From: Gemmatimonadales bacterium
GTDB taxonomy: Bacteria; Gemmatimonadota; Gemmatimonadetes; Gemmatimonadales; GWC2-71-9
Assembly (NCBI GenBank): GCA_035637455.1
Contig: DASPXE010000305.1
Coordinates: 3,253 to 67,252, forward strand
Direction of reading: 5' to 3'
Length of the DNA: 64,000 nt
Positions 62,351 through 64,000 of this stretch are shown here, piece by piece. Within the stretch, counting starts at the first letter, position 1, and each line of letters begins with the position of its first letter. The notes beneath the pieces were generated by a model, which ran no database searches, was not told the origin of the DNA, and was given only the letters and a program-made list of their open reading frames with translations. The translations under genes were made by a program, and so were the position numbers.

Positions 62351-62374
62351 CACGCGCGGTCCCGGGACTAGATT
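62347..62374 (+). promoter_or_regulatory. candidate promoter of rimP-nusA
   Basis: TTGACA (62347-62352, overlapping the pgeF stop), 16-nt spacer, TAGATT (62369-62374). Confidence 0.45.
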
Positions 62375-62387
62375 CCGGGCCGGTGAA

Positions 62388-62417
62388 GCGGGCGAAGGTG
62401 GGCCCGCGCTTTTTTTT
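62388..62417 (+). terminator. intrinsic-terminator-like hairpin plus T8, abutting the rimP start codon
   Basis: GCGGGC (62388-93) pairs with GCCCGC (62402-07) across an 8-nt loop, followed by GC and TTTTTTTT (62410-62417). The ATG at 62418 follows immediately. Confidence 0.55.
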
Positions 62418-62876
62418 ATGCTCTCCGAGAATCTCGTCGAGTCGTTTCGGGTCCGGCTGGACGCGTTGGGGCTCGAATTGGCTGATCTCCGTATCGGCGG
62501 CACGCAAACTCGGCCGCTCGTTCAAGTGCGCATCGAATGGCCGCCCGGCGAGCCGCCGCGGCGAGTGACGGTCGACGACTGCGCGATGGCGAGCCGAGCG
62601 TTGGAGGCCTGGCTCGACGCGGGCGGGCCGCTGGGGCCGCGCTACGCACTCGAGGTGTCGAGCCCGGGGCTCGATCGACCGCTGCGCTGGCACCGCCACT
62701 GGGTGCGGTTCGTCGGTCGCGAGGTGCAGGCGACGGTCGCCGGCCTCGGGCGCGTGCGCGCCCGGATCGTCGCCGTCCCGGACGAGGCGACGGTGGTGCT
62801 CCAGCCCGCGGGCGCCGAGCCGCGGCCGGTGCCGCTGGCCGGGATCCGCGACGCGCGTTTGGCAGTGGATTGGTGA
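62418..62876 (+). CDS. rimP: ribosome maturation factor RimP
   Basis: 152 aa. LGLELADLRIGGTQTRPLVQVRIE, YALEVSSPGLDRPL. Directly upstream of nusA. Confidence 0.85.
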   Translation: MLSENLVESFRVRLDALGLELADLRIGGTQTRPLVQVRIEWPPGEPPRRVTVDDCAMASRALEAWLDAGGPLGPRYALEVSSPGLDRPLRWHRHWVRFVGREVQATVAGLGRVRARIVAVPDEATVVLQPAGAEPRPVPLAGIRDARLAVDW

Positions 62877-62887
62877 CCGAGGATGCT

Positions 62888-64000
62888 ATGACGACGAATA
62901 CAAGCGATGTAGTCTCCGCGATCCGCGAGCTGACGAACACGAAGCAGCTCGAGCGCACGGAGCTGCTCGACCTGCTGAAGGACGGGTTGCACGCGGCGCT
63001 GGTGAAGCGCTACGGTCCGAACGTGCGCGCCGAGATCGGCATCGACGAGCTGAAGGGCACGATCCGGATCGTCGTGCTGCGCACGGTCGTGGAGACGGTG
63101 GAGGACCCCGGCACGCAGGTGGCGCTCGAGGAAGCGCGCTTCGAAGACCCGGACTTCCAGGCGGGCGACGTGCTCGAAGAGGAAGTCCCCTTCGAAGCGT
63201 TCGGGCGCACCGCGGTGCAGGCGGCGAAGCAGCGCATCATCCAACGGGTGCGCGAGGGCGAGCGGGCCCGGATTCGCGAGGAGTTCACCGACAAGGTGGG
63301 CGAGCTCTTGTCGGGCGAGGTGCAGCAGATCGAGCGCGGCAAGATCGTGGTGATGCTGGCGAAGTTCCGCGAGGCGGAGGCGATCATTCCCTACCGCGAG
63401 CAGAACCACCGCGAGCACTTCCACCAGGGCGACACGATCCGGGCGGTATTGAAGCGGATCGAGGAGACCCCAAAGGGGCCGCGCCTCATCCTGTCCCGCG
63501 CCGACCCGATGTTCGTGAAGGCGCTGTTCAAGCTGGAGGTCCCGGAGATCCAGCAGCAGATCGTCGAGATCCGGGCCACGGCGCGCGAGGCGGGCAGCCG
63601 CACCAAGATCGCCGTCAGCTCGCGCGACGACTCGATCGACCCGGTGGGCGCGTGCGTCGGGCTCAAGGGCTCGCGCGTGCAGGCCGTGGTGAACGAGCTG
63701 GGCGGCGAGCGCATCGACATCGTGCCGTGGTCGCCCGACCCCGAACGCTTCGCCAAGCTGTCGCTCGCGCCGGCGCGCGTCGCGCGCGTGTTCTCGGATC
63801 CCGAGACCAAGACGATCCAGGCGATCGTAGACGAGGACCAGCTGTCGCTCGCCATCGGCCGCAACGGCCAGAACGTGCGGCTGGCATCCGAGCTCACCGG
63901 CTGGAAGATCGACCTGTATTCGAGCCGTGAGTGGCTCGAGCGCGGCGGCGAGGGCCCGCTGTTCGCGCCGTTGCCGCCCGAGGAGGAGGCCGCGACCAAG
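62888..64000 (+). CDS. nusA: transcription termination/antitermination factor NusA (3' end beyond the window)
   Basis: Own translation from ATG 62888 (GTG 62873 is also in frame). S1 region GELLSGEVQQIERGKIVVMLAKFREAEAIIP. KH region IDPVGACVGLKGSRVQAVVNELGGERIDIV and LSLAIGRNGQNVRLASELTGWKIDL. Absent from the ORF track because it has no stop in the window. Confidence 0.9.
   Translation, partial: MTTNTSDVVSAIRELTNTKQLERTELLDLLKDGLHAALVKRYGPNVRAEIGIDELKGTIRIVVLRTVVETVEDPGTQVALEEARFEDPDFQAGDVLEEEVPFEAFGRTAVQAAKQRIIQRVREGERARIREEFTDKVGELLSGEVQQIERGKIVVMLAKFREAEAIIPYREQNHREHFHQGDTIRAVLKRIEETPKGPRLILSRADPMFVKALFKLEVPEIQQQIVEIRATAREAGSRTKIAVSSRDDSIDPVGACVGLKGSRVQAVVNELGGERIDIVPWSPDPERFAKLSLAPARVARVFSDPETKTIQAIVDEDQLSLAIGRNGQNVRLASELTGWKIDLYSSREWLERGGEGPLFAPLPPEEEAATK

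Overview
A 64-kb, very GC-rich (about 70% by eye, not computed) bacterial chromosomal segment. It is densely coding and mostly housekeeping. I call about 60 protein genes, two tandem tRNA-Ser genes (anticodons GGA and CGA), a consensus CIRCE operator upstream of groES-groEL, several sigma70-like promoters and a few hairpin terminators.

Recognisable genes and blocks:
- pyrR-pyrB-pyrC and rpsT.
- One co-directional array: M50 protease, scpA, scpB, pseudouridine synthase, an unknown Rossmann protein, a HEAT-repeat protein, moxR, DUF58, then Bat-type vWA/TPR/SH3 aerotolerance genes (batA, a batB-batC fusion, a batD-batE fusion) and mutL.
- miaA, bshA, a UbiA-family gene, uppP, birA, a CPBP protease, coaX and a second UbiA-family gene.
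- groES-groEL followed by a HEAT-repeat protein and an HD-GYP phosphodiesterase.
- On the reverse strand: Roadblock/LC7, response regulator, mannose-1-P guanylyltransferase, a beta-helix nucleotidyltransferase and a Ser/Thr kinase.
- serS, a histidine kinase, pcrA/uvrD, gatCAB, murA, pgeF, rimP and a partial nusA.

About 20 gene junctions are 4-nt ATGA/GTGA start-stop overlaps, so most of the window reads as long translationally coupled operons. No mobile elements, CRISPR arrays, rRNA or obvious defence islands are visible.

Most interesting observations:
1. One sensor-like N-terminal module occurs in three proteins, two fused to HEAT repeats and one to HD-GYP. One copy sits with an unknown 551-aa Rossmann protein directly upstream of MoxR-DUF58-Bat. 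The other two form a coupled pair downstream of groESL.
2. Two Ser/Thr kinases share a paralogous NTF2-like C-terminal ectodomain.
3. Short-period tandem repeats (7, 8, 13 or 14 nt) recur as inverted arrays at gene ends and inside coding regions.
4. A (G8C)x3 tract lies inside birA.
5. Promoters sit 6-11 nt from start codons, implying leaderless or near-leaderless mRNAs.

All product calls rest on motif recognition by eye. No database search or folding computation was run. The long antisense ORFs in the track are treated as GC-driven artefacts.
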